This document shows, one piece after another, positions 12,961 through 26,041 of a stretch of 64,000 nt of DNA. The DNA is taken from contig KE561209.1 of NCBI GenBank assembly GCA_000442015.1, positions 493,607 through 557,606 of the forward strand, read 5' to 3'. How positions within the stretch are numbered: position 1 is the stretch's first letter; each line of letters begins with the position of its first letter. Under the pieces are notes generated by a model. That model ran no database searches. It saw only the letters and a list, made by a program, of their open reading frames with translations, and had not been told where the DNA came from. Source of the stretch: Rozella allomycis CSF55. Its lineage: Eukaryota. The position numbers were made by a program, and so were the translations under genes.

Positions 12961-13779
12961 TTGAAATCATCATTCTCCCGTACCAATAACAAAATTTCCC
13001 GCACCGTCACAAAATAAATTTCAACGCACCACCGCGGAAACAAGTAATTTGCCGCATTTCTCCGTTCCATCGTCTATTTCTCCGCACCATCGTCATATTT
13101 CTCTGCAAAACCTAGAAAACGCATAAGCAATCTTGGCCACGACTCTTACCTTTATATTTTTTGGAATATGTTTCGTTGTATGTGTGCCTTATTGTGAAGT
13201 TCTAGATATTCGATTTTTTCTCATATAATATCCCTAAATGCACCATAATTTCCATTTGTTGTGCCTCCCGTCGGATTATGCAAAGAGAGAAATGCTGAAT
13301 ATTTCGTTGGTGCAAGAGACCAACTAATATATGAGCTTAAGCTGCGCAGGATGAAGCGCGAAAATGATTTAAATCTTTAGAGTGCGGTGAAAACTCGGCA
13401 GAAAGAAAGTAAAGATATAACTTAATTATAACAACTTTTTGATTGTCGATGTGGTAACACTTGTTCTGTGGGGTACATGTTGGTCATTTGCAATTGCAAA
13501 AAGTTCCATTTTTACCGTAATGTAGAACAACATGACCGTCCGATAAAATGCACCTGAAGCGTTCGCAAGATTAAAGAAGACATTGTATTGTTCGTTCAAA
13601 ACGACCCCGTTGAGTCCAACCAAAAAATATGAAAACTATGGAAATTGAAAAACAACATGGAAGAATAGGACTTTATTTAAATCACAACAAATTAGTTCCT
13701 TGAAAAAAAGAGTAAAACGCAAGGTAGGCCACATCAATCTTGTTGTGTTTTTAAAAACGAAAACAATATCAAAAATCTT

Positions 13780-14340
13780 ACCGACGACATTATAATTTTA
13801 GCATCAGAAAATGAAGTAGGTGCACTTTATTTTGGAGTGGGTACAAGATGTCGATCCATGTTTGGTTGGTTTTACCAAAATGACCGCTCTACGTAGGAAA
13901 GCTGAAGCAACTACCGCATTAAATAAGGAACTAATGCTGCATTTTGATGAAACCTTTAGAGTCTCCGAAATAAGGTACAATGTATTTTAAGCTTAGTTAG
14001 ATATCCAGTCATAGTCCCCGAATTGTCAGACAAAAAATGACAGTTCCATCTTGCTGGTTTGGCCGTGTCATCTTGTCGACGGGCGGGCAACGGAATACAA
14101 GACATTAATGTCACAATTCGCGATTGTTTTCATGATGCATAAATATATAACATTCCAACCTTCATTTTTAATGTAAGATTGATCACGCGCTTGTTTTAAC
14201 AGGGTTTGTCAGCAATTACCGAAGATTCCGAAACCCCGCTGCTAGTTCTTTTCTACTCGTTTCATGTCCACAAGGCTATTAACGCCACATGTGACGAATA
14301 TCCAATGCTGTGTTCACATACCACTAGGGAACTTACTTTT
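13780..14340 (+). mobile_element. Degenerate Mutator (MULE) transposase remnant
   Basis: Hand translation LMLHFDETFRV...YPVIVPELSDKK*QFHLAGLAVSS and LFYSFHVHKAI resemble the MULE DDE and CxxH motifs; stops present. Confidence 0.55.
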
Positions 14341-16508
14341 AAAGAATGGAAACCAGAAGTGCGGAAAGTTAAGACCTCGCAAACAAGAAACATGAGCTAT
14401 GCCTACGGTGAAAAAGACGCAAATGCTCCAAGACATCGTAAGAAGATTGTGCGAAGCCAGATTAAATAAAGTCTTTTACAGATTATGTTTTTTCTTTTGT
14501 TTCTAACGTTTCAACCTTATGGTTAACATATCATGTAAGCGGCCTTTCCTGAGTAGCTTAACACACCCCAAATCATAAGCCTGTATTTTCGTAAACCTTA
14601 AAAACGTCCCCAAGTGCAGTTATTGGCATGAAGACTGCCGTTAAACGTTGTGCCAACAACGGACTCATTTCCGATGTTTTCGATCCCATATATATTATTT
14701 GAACGATTGATTTAAGTTTTATGAACCTAAAAAAATAATGGGCACAATTACAGGAACACCTATTATGGTTTTCAATGACCACGTGATGGCTTGAATAATG
14801 CCAACTTTATGGCGTAATAATTAATATACCCGCGATTTTAACATGTGAAAGGTAATAAGTTGTCAATGTTCGTCTAGCGTTGAATCAAAACTCGGTATTT
14901 CAATTAAAAACATTTATTGACCTTTAACCAATATGTAGAGATTGGAAAAGCAATATGTTTACAAGTTGCTTTAATACAACGTCACTTGGCCCAAAGTCAT
15001 CCCACATAGATACTAAATATGTTTTGACATATTGTTTTATTAAGGTATTCTTGACCGGTTTTTGCAACGCTCGATTTCAAGATACAGCCGCATTAATAAA
15101 GGCTATTACCAGCAGACATAGCGAATAGGCCTCTTCCACGATACTAAAAAAACAGACGAGACAACAAAGGTCGTCAGCTTGTACAAGCCTCGACCAGTAA
15201 GATTTAGGTTGGAAATGCTAAGAGATTANGCGTAGCTTTAATCAAGATATGATTATCTGATTGACCCTTGCAAAAGACTTAAAGATATTTTCCTCATAAT
15301 TCCCTTCAATTAAGACATGATCTTCTTCATCATTAATATTACATTTAACGAGCATATCTGTGAGCCCTGCAACGAAAGGGTTACAACAACAATGGGAAAC
15401 TAGAATAAAAGAAGAGGCGTATATTGTTAAAATAAAACACAACAGAGTTTAAATAAGTAAATGAAATGAGAGGGGAATCAAAGTTGGATGAAAGTAGGAA
15501 GCTCGTTAGATTATCTTTGAAAAGGTACTCTATCTGAAAAGGGTTGCATTAAAAAATTTCACGAAGGTCGATACAGGATACTACGGCCTAATTCCTAGAT
15601 CGAAATCCAGTCGTTGACCGAATGCCTTTATTTCAATAGCTGGTGTACGGCCCGATTGATGTTTGCTGGGTAGAAACAAGGCATGTTACAATGGAAGTAT
15701 TGTATGCAGAAAAAGAAGGTGGCTCTTCATGCCTTCACGCGGCAAATCCATGCTGCGCCACGCTTGTCTGAAAAATGCTCTCTATCGCCTCAACAATTAA
15801 ATCCTGTCATCCCCGTACGTTAATAGCTTCTACAAGCTGTATGTCAAAGTTCCGATGGATTTATTTCTTCCCAGCCCCGTCGAAGGCCGTTTGGTGTCTC
15901 CACTTCCCTCGCTCTACTGGGACATCAATGTATGCGAAATTCTTACATCCGGGCTACGTGGCCTAAATCAACGTTGTTGCTGGATTCGATCCCGTCGCTC
16001 ATGTCTTTCTAGCCGCCTGCAGCCCCCCTGAAGCTGTAAAGCAACACTATATGCGTGTATTTTCTGATTGTGAGGCGGACGTAGAAGGACCAGACGCGCT
16101 AAGGCAAAGTTCGACAAGAATTCCAACAAGTCGCTCTGGCTTAACTTCACTCATCCCGTGACTGTAAGAGTCATGTCTTCTCCGCCTGAATCCCTTTATG
16201 ACTCCTCGCAGTCCGCAAGACTGCTGATGGACCAATCCATGGGAATCTGTCTCACAAGAGCTTCTCACGAGCGCTTTCTTTCATGCGTGTCGCTCCATGC
16301 GCTCATAGAACCTTAATCCTCGTAAATCGGATAGTANCTTTTACCGTTCACTGCCGGACCTCAAATAGAAAAATTTAAAAAAATTGATCGTTGCAAAGTA
16401 TGAGATCGTTCAAAGTCACGATGAAAGTTGATCAGTTTTCAAAAAGATCTAAATAATAAAATCTAAATTTAAATAATATTAAATAATTTTTTATTCTTAC
16501 TTAAAAAT

Positions 16509-16746
16509 AATCATTGTAAGTTTCTATGGTCATCATCAAAAATATTTTTGAAATTTCCAAATTAGGATTTTCTTCATGAAACAGTATTTAAATAAAAAAT
16601 CAACTTATAATTAAACGTATTATTTTAATTAAATTTATCTAAATTGTTTTTTTAATCATTGTAATTTTCTATTCTCATCATCAAAAATATTTTTGAAATT
16701 TCAAAGTTAAGATTTTCTTCATTAAAAAGTATTTAATTAAAAAACC
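16509..16746. repeat. Two diverged AT-rich direct repeats about 145 bp apart
   Basis: aatcattgtaa...catcatcaaaaatatttttgaaattt...ttttcttcat at ~16509 and ~16654. Confidence 0.85.
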
Positions 16747-16794
16747 GTTTGTATTAAACAAATAATAATACTTATTATTTTAAAGTTTATTTTN

Positions 16795-17326
16795 CGACTT
16801 TGAATTTTCATACGGCGGAAATAAAGTAAAGCTGTCTATCAAAGGTATCGACACTGGTGAGTTTAAGGGCCTTCTTCGGGCGAATGCCAGATTGCAGTAT
16901 ATCTACAAGGGGCTCGAAAAGGGTCAAGTTGCGTTGTCACATACTGTTTATAGTATATCATCCAATTTTAAGCACTTTCCATTTGAGCAGATTATGGATA
17001 GCACCTACAGAGTGTGGTATTACAAATTTAGTGCTGATTGCGAAAACAGACAAGAGATATTCGGAAATTGGTTTATTGGAAATGATGTGATTTTGAAAAA
17101 TGTCAATTTCTGTCAGGGAATCGTGGGAAAGTACCCTTATAGAAAAGATGCGACATTGCCATTGGCTTTATGTTTTCGACATGGAGATCATGTTGAAGAG
17201 ATTGCTGTTTCATCAAATTGGGCTCACCCATTTTTGTTTATTGGTTTTGCGATAGTAGCTGGATTGTTCGTGTCAGGCGGTCTGGCCTATATAATCAATA
17301 GACTATGCAGTCGCAGAAAACATTAA
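16795..17326 (+). CDS. 5'-truncated intronless ORF; unknown protein with a C-terminal TM anchor
   Basis: Open from the N at 16794; ends PFLFIGFAIVAGLFVSGGLAYII followed by NRLCSRRKH. Confidence 0.55.
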
Positions 17327-17556
17327 TAAATTATCAAAATTAAACATATTTAAGTTTTTAACTTCATAGATTTGCATTTGTAAGCCTAAAAAGATTGTAT
17401 TGGTTTATGTATTCCTCCGTGTGTCCTCTCAAGATCTTTTACCGGTGTCGCTCCATGCGCTTATAGTATCTTAATCCTCATGAATTGGATATTAAATCGT
17501 AAGATAAAATGAGTAAAAACTGATGTCGATTGAGAATGGATTATCCTCCGTTCTAN

Positions 17557-18188
17557 TATGATGAGAAACCCTGGTACGACGGAGAGCGTAGGAACTCCTT
17601 TTTAATTAATCAAAAATAATAAGAATTATTTCTGATTAAGTTTTTCTTCAATGTTTTTAACTAAATTTCTTTTATTAGCATAATCATCACGAATTTATTC
17701 GATAGATTAAACTACTCTTAATAAATTACTGCATTTTCTTTGAGAAAAAGTTTTCTATTGTTAATTTGTTATGTTGTGCTTTTTAATTGTTTCTGACCTC
17801 CTCTTCTTTTTAGCTTCATAATCNCAGTCTAAAAAGGAAATATCGAAACTGATAGGGATTGTTCAGGATCGGGTTTCTATAAATAGTATCAGAATAAAGA
17901 TTTCAGGATTAAGATATCCTTGATAATGATTCCTTTGAGAATTATGACTCCTCTCTTTGATAATTAATCTAAGAAGGGTGGGATGAGAATCCCTCTATGA
18001 ATTGTGAGATGAGAATCCCTGGTACGACCTTCCAGTAGCTGGAGGCGTTTGAGATAATGAAACTTCCTATCTGTTACGATAGTTCCATTCCTGAAAATGT
18101 TGATTATCCCGGAGGTAAATGTTGCANTTCTAAGGAAGGTGGGATGAGAACCCCTCTATGAGATGAGATGAGAATCCCTGGTACGACA
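17557..18188. repeat. Three copies of a repeat terminus (gatgagaa(t/a)ccctggtacgac), possible LTR end
   Basis: Copies end at 17580, 18028 and 18187 with different flanks; the third reads TGTCGTACC on the minus strand. Confidence 0.65.
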
Positions 18189-18190
18189 AG

Positions 18191-20179
18191 TTCAACTAGT
18201 TTTTCTCTTTCAGGATTTTCTAGTCCTTGATTTTTTTTCTTAACATTAATTAAAATTTATAATGTTACAGTAAAGGAGGTTGACATTATTTTATCCAGCT
18301 CAATGAACATTGACAAATAATCGTCAATAGGAATTCCTTCTTTAGAAAACTCTGGCTCCGAATTTTCGATAGATTTTCAACATAGTTTCTCTTCGCACAG
18401 GCCCATAGAGATAATAAATAAGGAAGAGAAAATTTGTCAAGGTATTTTGAAAAAACAAAAAGGCATTCTTTAAAAGTCATTATATAATATTACTATCGGA
18501 TAATNAAACATTGACAAATATTCGTCAATAGGAATTCCTTCTTTAGAAAACTCTGGCTCCAGTATTTTAGATAGAGCTTCAATATAGTTTCTCTTCTCAA
18601 AGGCCCATAGAGATAATAAATAATGAAGAGAAAATTTATCAAGGTATTGTAAAAATACAAAAAGGCATTCTTTAAAAGTCATTATATAATATTACTATCA
18701 GATAATTCCAGTCCTCTTATAAATTTAGCTGTTGCATAAGCGTATCGCAAAATGATTTCAGAAACAATTTTCAAGGTTGCATGACCAACCCTGGTCCTTA
18801 AAATAGTTACCCAAAATTCAATTCCATCGTGGTCCTCAATGAGTTGGACAAATTCGTTTGATGGTAAATCGTGAAAACTTTTTTAAATATAAAATACACT
18901 TACAGTAAATGCTTGATTGTCAAAGCAATGCATTCAGCCTCTGGTGATTCTATAACGTTTATTAGCAAGCCTTTTAGTGAACACAATGACAAATTAAGAC
19001 TTATCTTATTCTTTTTACGAATTTACTATTCTGGTATTTGAATGCCATCGTTGTGCCAAAACAATAAATGGAACATTTTAGCGGCTTGCTTCCAAAGGCA
19101 AGGGGTATTTATTTTCGAGCAAACCATAAAATCAATCATTTCAACAAATGTCCTTTGAAAGAATTTAGAACAAAATTCGTCTGCATTTAAGTCCTTTTCA
19201 AGAGATGTATATTTCAGTTCCTTACTGTTTATTAAATAACAATGCACAAATGAATTCAGTAACAGGTCGAAAGCGTAGTTGTTTTTACCAGGGTGGTTTA
19301 GTAATTCGAAAAATATTAGCTTTAAAGCGTTAATGTCGTCCATCGAATGAGAAATTAAAGTGTCTATCATAATCAGTTATGAAAAAATGATATTCATTAC
19401 TTTAATCAAAATAGAGATTGATTCTTTGATGGAAACATCTTCTTTCAAGGTATCTAACACCTTTTCTAATATTCTTCAACGTCGTACCTTGTTAACATCA
19501 ACTTCAATCTTTTTCTGCTCAGAATAATAAATAATGAATTTCAATGGTCTGTAATTTTTTGGATGCAAGTATTCTGATCCCTTGTCCAATTTCTTGGTCA
19601 TAAAAGTTTCCAACAAATAAGAGAGGTCCTGAGAATTCAATTGCAATGAAATTTCATCTATGAATGGTTTATATGATTATCCAGTACCTTTTCCCGAAAT
19701 TATTTCTTGATTGTTAAATTGTGGAAGAGAAAGAAAGTTAGTGGTATTCATTTCAAGCCTTCCTTCTTTCCTCTCGTTATTAAAAGAATTGATGAATGTT
19801 TCATTACAACAATCACCAGTGTTAATTTTTTCCAGGGCCTTCTCACAAATGCTCTCTAATTGATCCATTAGCTATTAAATAAACAACAATTTAAATACCG
19901 ATAATACATGAACACTTTTTGATATCATCTTCATGGACCCGGCAAAGGTCTTATATTCATGTATAACTCTTTCTGATGGTAAAAACGCATTCAAAGTATT
20001 GGTAATGACTCTAACCGATCGCTCAACAACAAATTCTTGGGTCACATCTTTTATAAGATGCTTGAACATTAAATTGTACACTGAAATCAGCATTCCTTAT
20101 GCTTACCTTGGTCTCTAGTCTCAACCGGATGCAGCAAATTTATCAGCTTATTTCCTAGATCTAATTGACTTCCACGCAT
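18191..20179 (-). CDS. 5' part of a large uncharacterised helical protein gene
   Basis: ATG at 20179 and mini-introns linking ORFs in frame; continues in 9928-10746; one exon is present twice around the N at 18505. Confidence 0.65.
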
Positions 20180-20239
20180 ATTTAAATAATTTTCAATAAC
20201 GTTGTTGGTATAATCAAGATCCATTTACGATATTTCCAA

Positions 20240-22263
20240 ATGAGTAGGCATCGTTACGTTAAAAATATGTTGGATGGTAAAACTATTAAATATTTTAAAA
20301 AAGAATATTATGATGACGACGACGATTATGAAGAATTTAGTGACGAGTATGAATTTGAAAAAGTCAAGGAATCAAATCAAAATCATTATTCTCTCGCAGA
20401 TGATTTTGATTTGGATGAATACGAGGAAGATTTAAATTTTGAGATTGAAGAGCTTCAAATAGAAAATGCAATTCAAAAACCACAATCGAAACTGCAAGTG
20501 ATTTCCGAGAAAATTGAAAGAAAGGAAAAGAACAAAACAAGTGATTTCGCTTCTGTATTTTGTAATCAAACAAAAACGAATACTAACAAAAACGAATCTT
20601 ACATTGTTTATGAGGCAGATTTTAAAGAAACAAATTTAAAGAAGCCTGCAATATCAAAGTCCAGAGAATACATATCTTCTTTGCCCTCAAAAAAGGTTCT
20701 ACCTGAAAAATCTTCTCATAAAATTTCTAGAAAACAAATTAATCAATCATCAACAAAAAATAACAATACATTGAATCTCGTTGTAATTGGCCATGTTGAT
20801 CATGGAAAAAGCACGTTAATGGGCCATTTACTTTACCTTCTTGGGCAAGTTAATTCTAAGACTCTAGAAAAGTAGATTATTCAAGCCGTTTAAATAGGTA
20901 CAAGCGTGAATCTCAGAAACTTGGAAAGAATTCATTTGCATTTGCTTGGATTTTAGATGAAACTGAAGAAGAAAGAAATCGGTAATTAAATTTCATGCAG
21001 TTAAAATAATAGAGGTATCACTGTAGATTTCGCAAGAAATGTTCTTAAATTGCCAAATAAGACAATAAATTTGATGGATGCACCAGGCCACAAAGATTAC
21101 GTTCCGAGTATGATACAAGGTGCATCTCAAGTATTATTACTTTACTTTATTGTTCAAGGCTGACTGTGCATTGCTAGTTATCGATTCTTCTCCTGGCGAA
21201 TTCGAGACTGGTTTTGAGGGGAAGGGGCAGATTAAGGAACATTCTATTCTTGTACGAAGTTTAGGAATTCAAAGCATTATTGTCGCGGTAAACAAAATGG
21301 ATAATGTAAAGTGATTAATTGACATTAAAAGATCGGTTGGTCTGAAGACAGGTATTCTTTTGTGGTCTCCAAAATGATCCAGTTTTTAACTGCGTTAGGG
21401 TTTAAAAACGAATGCATTCATTTTGTGCCATGTAGTGGTCTTACAGGAAATAATTTGACAGCTCTAGAGAAAAACCATGTGAACGAATGGTACAAGGGTC
21501 AAACTTTAGCCGATACAATTGGTAAACGCGAGCTATATATTTCATTAGATTCAATAAATCCACCTGATAGGCCAATAAATAAACCTTTAAGAATGTTTGT
21601 CGCGGACATATTCAAGCAATCAGGAAATACTGCCGGCTTGTCTGGCCAAGTTGAATCCGGGTACTTTAGCGTTGGAGATGTAGTAACAATCATGCCTCTT
21701 AAAGAGAACGCAACTATTAAAAGTACAGATTATGATTCGCGCTTTATAGATATTAAAAAACTTGGAACAGACTCGTCAAATGCTCTGGCAGGTGATTACG
21801 TAGATATTCTTGTCAGCGGAATTGATTCGACAAAATTTTCGTAATTGATGTAATATATTACTGACTGTTAGTGTCGGAAACGTTATCTGCTTCAAGGACA
21901 ACTTGATAAAGGCCACAAAAAGATTTAATGCTCAAATCATCACCTTTGATTTGGATGAGCCTTTGTATGTTGGTCATTCAGTAAAGATGAACTCATAATG
22001 ATATGTAGATCGTATTTTATTTCAAAGGAATATCAGAGTCGGGCTATATATCCCAATTAATTAGTTTGACCGATAAAGATGGAAAAAACATCAAGAAAAA
22101 CCCTAAAATGATTCCAAAAAATTCTAATGCAGTTGTTCAAATTACACTGGAAAGGACAGTTCTAATTGATACTTTAATGGATCTGAAAGAAATGAGTCGT
22201 TTCACTTTAAGGTCACAAGGATTTTCCATAGCTGCCGGAATGGTCAATGAAATATTTCAATAA
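20240..22263 (+). CDS. HBS1: Hbs1 translational GTPase
   Basis: N-terminal [51 protein letters not shown]. Confidence 0.93.
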
Positions 22264-22334
22264 AGTCGCTATATTAATTGTCATTTTCAAGTTTACAGTT
22301 TACTTCTAGCGTTATAGCTTTACGAAATTTACTG

Positions 22335-23155
22335 ATGGTAATTTACCACATTGTTGTTATTTTTAGAGCAATCCACAATCGACCAAAAAATCATACTCTA
22401 AAGAAGAATGGGAGAAAAAACTATCCGAAGTTAATATTCACAAAGGGTAAACTTTAAATTCTAGTTAAACTAAGGGAGTTAAACAAATTAATCATGAACT
22501 ATTTGATTATCGAAGGATACAAAGAAGCGGCAGAAAAATTTTGCAGCGAAGCGAGTATGGACCCCACAGTCAATTTGGATTCTATTCAGGATAGAATGAA
22601 CGTTAGGCAGTGTATCCAAAAGGGAGAAGTAGATCATGCAATTGAATTGACAAATGATTTGGATCCACAAGTATGGTTTCCTAGTAAATTCCAGTAGATA
22701 CTTGATACAAATCCTAAACTGTTTTTCCGACTTCAACAGCAAAAGTTGATAGAAATGATTCGAGCAGGAAGATTAGATGATGCAATAGAATTTGCTCAAG
22801 AAGAACTAGCCCCAAGAGGAGAAGAACATGTAATTGTGATATTGGACCCTTAATAAAGCCTGAATTCCTGGAAGAACTAGAAAGAACAATGGCCTTGATG
22901 ATTTTCGATGGTGATGAAAATTCTCCAGTGAAAGATTTATTGGATACCAATCAAAGGCAAAAAACAGCGAGCGAATTAAATTCAGCCATTCTCACAACGC
23001 AATGCCAAGAAAAAGGTATATAATTTTTGGTGATATAAAAAGAACCCAAACTCCCTCTAATGTTAAAGATGCTAGTTTGGTCTCAGAAGTTGTTGGAAGA
23101 GAAAGAAAATTTCCCAAAGATTACAAACTTTGTCACAGCTGAATTTAATAATTAA
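22335..23155 (+). CDS. GID8: GID/CTLH complex subunit Gid8 (Twa1)
   Basis: EEWEKKL, LisH LNKLIMNYLIIEGYKEAAEKF, LQQQKLIEMIR, FLEELERTMAL, QRQKTASELNSAIL. Confidence 0.92.
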
Positions 23156-23165
23156 ATTTATTTCT

Positions 23166-23826
23166 TCATTTTTTACTCAATTTTTTCTTGGTTTTGATGT
23201 TAATATTTTCACACTTTGGGTTGATTGCTACATTATCTACATCTGAACTTGGATTTGAATTAATAGTTGCAATAGAAATATCAGCACAGTTTTCATAAAG
23301 TTCAGGAAATATCACACTATTTTGCTCCCCTCTCCATTCAAATCGCAACACGCATCTATCTTGGCACCCAAGATCTCTCCCATGAGGCAAATCAATGTGC
23401 CAGTGATATTTATAAGATTGTATAATCGGATCTTTATGTGAATAATCAACATCTGGATCATTTGGGGCCGCACAATTTTCTTTTTTTGCTATTAGTTTAT
23501 GAACTGTTAGGTCTTGGTTACATAGGAACATAAAGCAAGGCCCCTACATTAAACACCTGGCATTAATTTACTATATGTGGTGCACTTATGTCAAGGGCTA
23601 CATTTAGTGGTCCTTCATGAAGTATGGTCGTGCGTGGAGAGGGCTTCCCAAATCTACAGCGACCAAACCTATTTGATGGTATAGGATTTCTTAAGGAGTC
23701 AATGTCAATATACGTTTTATGTGCACCTCTTATTACAGGAAAGCTCATATGTCCATGGCAATTACCCACATTTGAAATTGTTACAACGACTAGAAAGGAA
23801 AACAGGAGGTCGAACATATTCTTCAT
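23166..23826 (-). CDS. Secreted lytic polysaccharide monooxygenase-like protein
   Basis: Signal peptide, then HGHMSFPVIR; second His in SAPHIGPC; CVLRFEW...ELYENCADI; one intron. Confidence 0.7.
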
Positions 23827-24029
23827 GCAGGGTTTGTGTATGTATCACGCAACAATAATAAAAACAAAATCCATATTAGGAAACAGTCTCAATAGACATC
23901 GTAACATTTACAAAAATGCGTATGAGTGAATTTCAATCGTTTCCGTAACTTTCGTGATGGAAAAGCAAAATATTACAAAAATGTTTTGATCTTACGTTTG
24001 TTTTTGTTTCCACTATTCTTTGGTAAACA

Positions 24030-26010
24030 AATGGAATGCGAGACCAAATTGACAGAGAATCTACAGATGATGAAATTTGAAGATCATTTTTGGGTATTAT
24101 TGTTATAATTTATAGATTAGGGTGAAAATCTTGAAGGATACCAGATATTACATAACAAAGGCGAAGCAAGTTTGAAATCCATGAAAGAACTTATTAATTT
24201 TTTGTCTCAAAGGTACTATATACAGTTTAATTATATTTGAATTTTGGCTGAAGAAGAATCGTGCAAGGCATTTACGAGAATCGCGACTAGCTTTAATCAC
24301 CTTGGTGCAGAGGAGGACGAGTAAGCGCGTTACAGTTGGAATACAAGAACTTTAAAAGTAGTTTTGGAAAAAGTTATTAATGCACATGAAACACTTGCAA
24401 GAACACATTACCAAATGGTTGCAAAAATGCGAGATGAAGTTGTGGGCCCGCTGGTGTCATATCGCAAGTCTCAGAAATCTATGATTAAAATGGTAATCGA
24501 TAATAATCTTGGAAATAAGTATGATGTAGAAATGGAAAAGCTTTCCAAAAATGTCCGGTATGAACTTGGTAACGTCGAAAGAGTAAAAGTATGATATATC
24601 TTTACATAGTGCCAAAGATGTTATCAAGACAAGTTTAGGCAGTATAAAGAAGCGGTTGAAAAAACTAAGGGGGGAGACTTGACCAAAAGAGAAAAAGTAA
24701 GTATTTCCTTCACGTTAGAAAGTTATTGGAAAAAGAAAACAAAGCTAAAATAGATTTGGAAAAAGCAGGTTCGTTTATAGAAAAGTTTTAATACAGAAAC
24801 AGAATACAAGACGGCGATTGACATTCATAATGTTGTTATTGATAAAAGAGACGGTCTAATGCACCAATTTCAAAAAGTAAGCAGCCAAAATAATAAAGAT
24901 AGACATTACAGGAAATGGAATTTGAGAGAATCAAATGTATAAAGACTACACTTACCAATTTTGCCGATTGTCAGGAAAGTTTGCTTGGAAGCTTTTCAGG
25001 AAAAGTAAAAAATGCCTTAAGATTTGAGAGATGTATATAAAAATGAAGGATACAATAGAAATGATTAATCCATTATCTGATATAAATAGTTTTATCACAA
25101 AATACAAAACATCGTCATCGAGACCACCTAGACTGAAAATGGATCTACTAGGACCATCAACAATCATCGACTCTCCTTTGGAACTTCAATCAAGAGAAAG
25201 AACAAAGAGCTTCTATGGTACATTAAAACTGCCTAGTAAAAATAACAAAATGAAGAGTTCACTGTGGTTCAACAAAAAACATGAGGATCCATTTCATACA
25301 TCGAATCAAAAAATTCAAGGAATTTTCCCAGAAAATGTAGTGCCAGAGAAAGACAGACCTCCCTCTGTGGTCACAATGTCTGCTGAAGAAACAATTGACA
25401 TCGCAGTTGATGAAAGGATTCATAATGGAATACCTATTATTGAAAAATCAAAGACACCATTGGCGCGCAGCGATTCCCCTTCACGCAACGATGATATTAA
25501 AGTCTCTGATGACAAAATGAAAAATGAATGTGCCGTTGAAACCACAAATCAGATTATCGAAAAGAAAGAAAATAGAATCATCGAAGATTTTTCCAACATT
25601 AATGTTTCTAGTTTAGTTGATAAAATTGAGAGAGACAAAACTGTGGCTTCTTACGATAAAACCAAGGTAAGAATGATAAAGTTTAAATAATTTTGAAAAC
25701 ATTTTCTAGAAAGTCAATAAAAATGGAGGGATGGTTGACAACTAGTGAAGAACCTTTCAGCGAGTCTTTCAGGAGGTGGTGCACCCTAGAAGGAGGGTAT
25801 ATTTGGTTCTTTGAAGAAAAGGAAACAGATAACACGAATCTAAAACCAAAGTCAATGGTTTCTATCAACCGGGCAACTTTGACAGAAGGAATCAGCCCGC
25901 TCTTTCTTAATGTTAAATTGGACACGTTACATACATTTAGTTTAATATCCACAAGGCGAAAGCTTGTTTTACGTGCTGATACTGAAGGATGCATGGATAC
26001 AAACTATTAA
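24030..26010 (+). CDS. F-BAR protein with a C-terminal PH-like domain
   Basis: FEDHFWGENLEGYQIL, FLSQRILAEEE, QEMEFERI; C-terminal MEGWL...FRRWCTLEGGYIWFF. Confidence 0.8.
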
Positions 26011-26041
26011 TTCTTCTATAAAATAAACAAAATAATCATAT

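Noticed and set aside
16400-18200. CRISPR-like or telomeric array
   Set aside because: No regular repeat-spacer period or short tandem unit; eukaryotic TE debris
25667-25713. TG acceptor at 29 nt in the F-BAR gene counted as firm evidence
   Set aside because: An in-frame AG at 47 nt is available; kept only as a weak candidate
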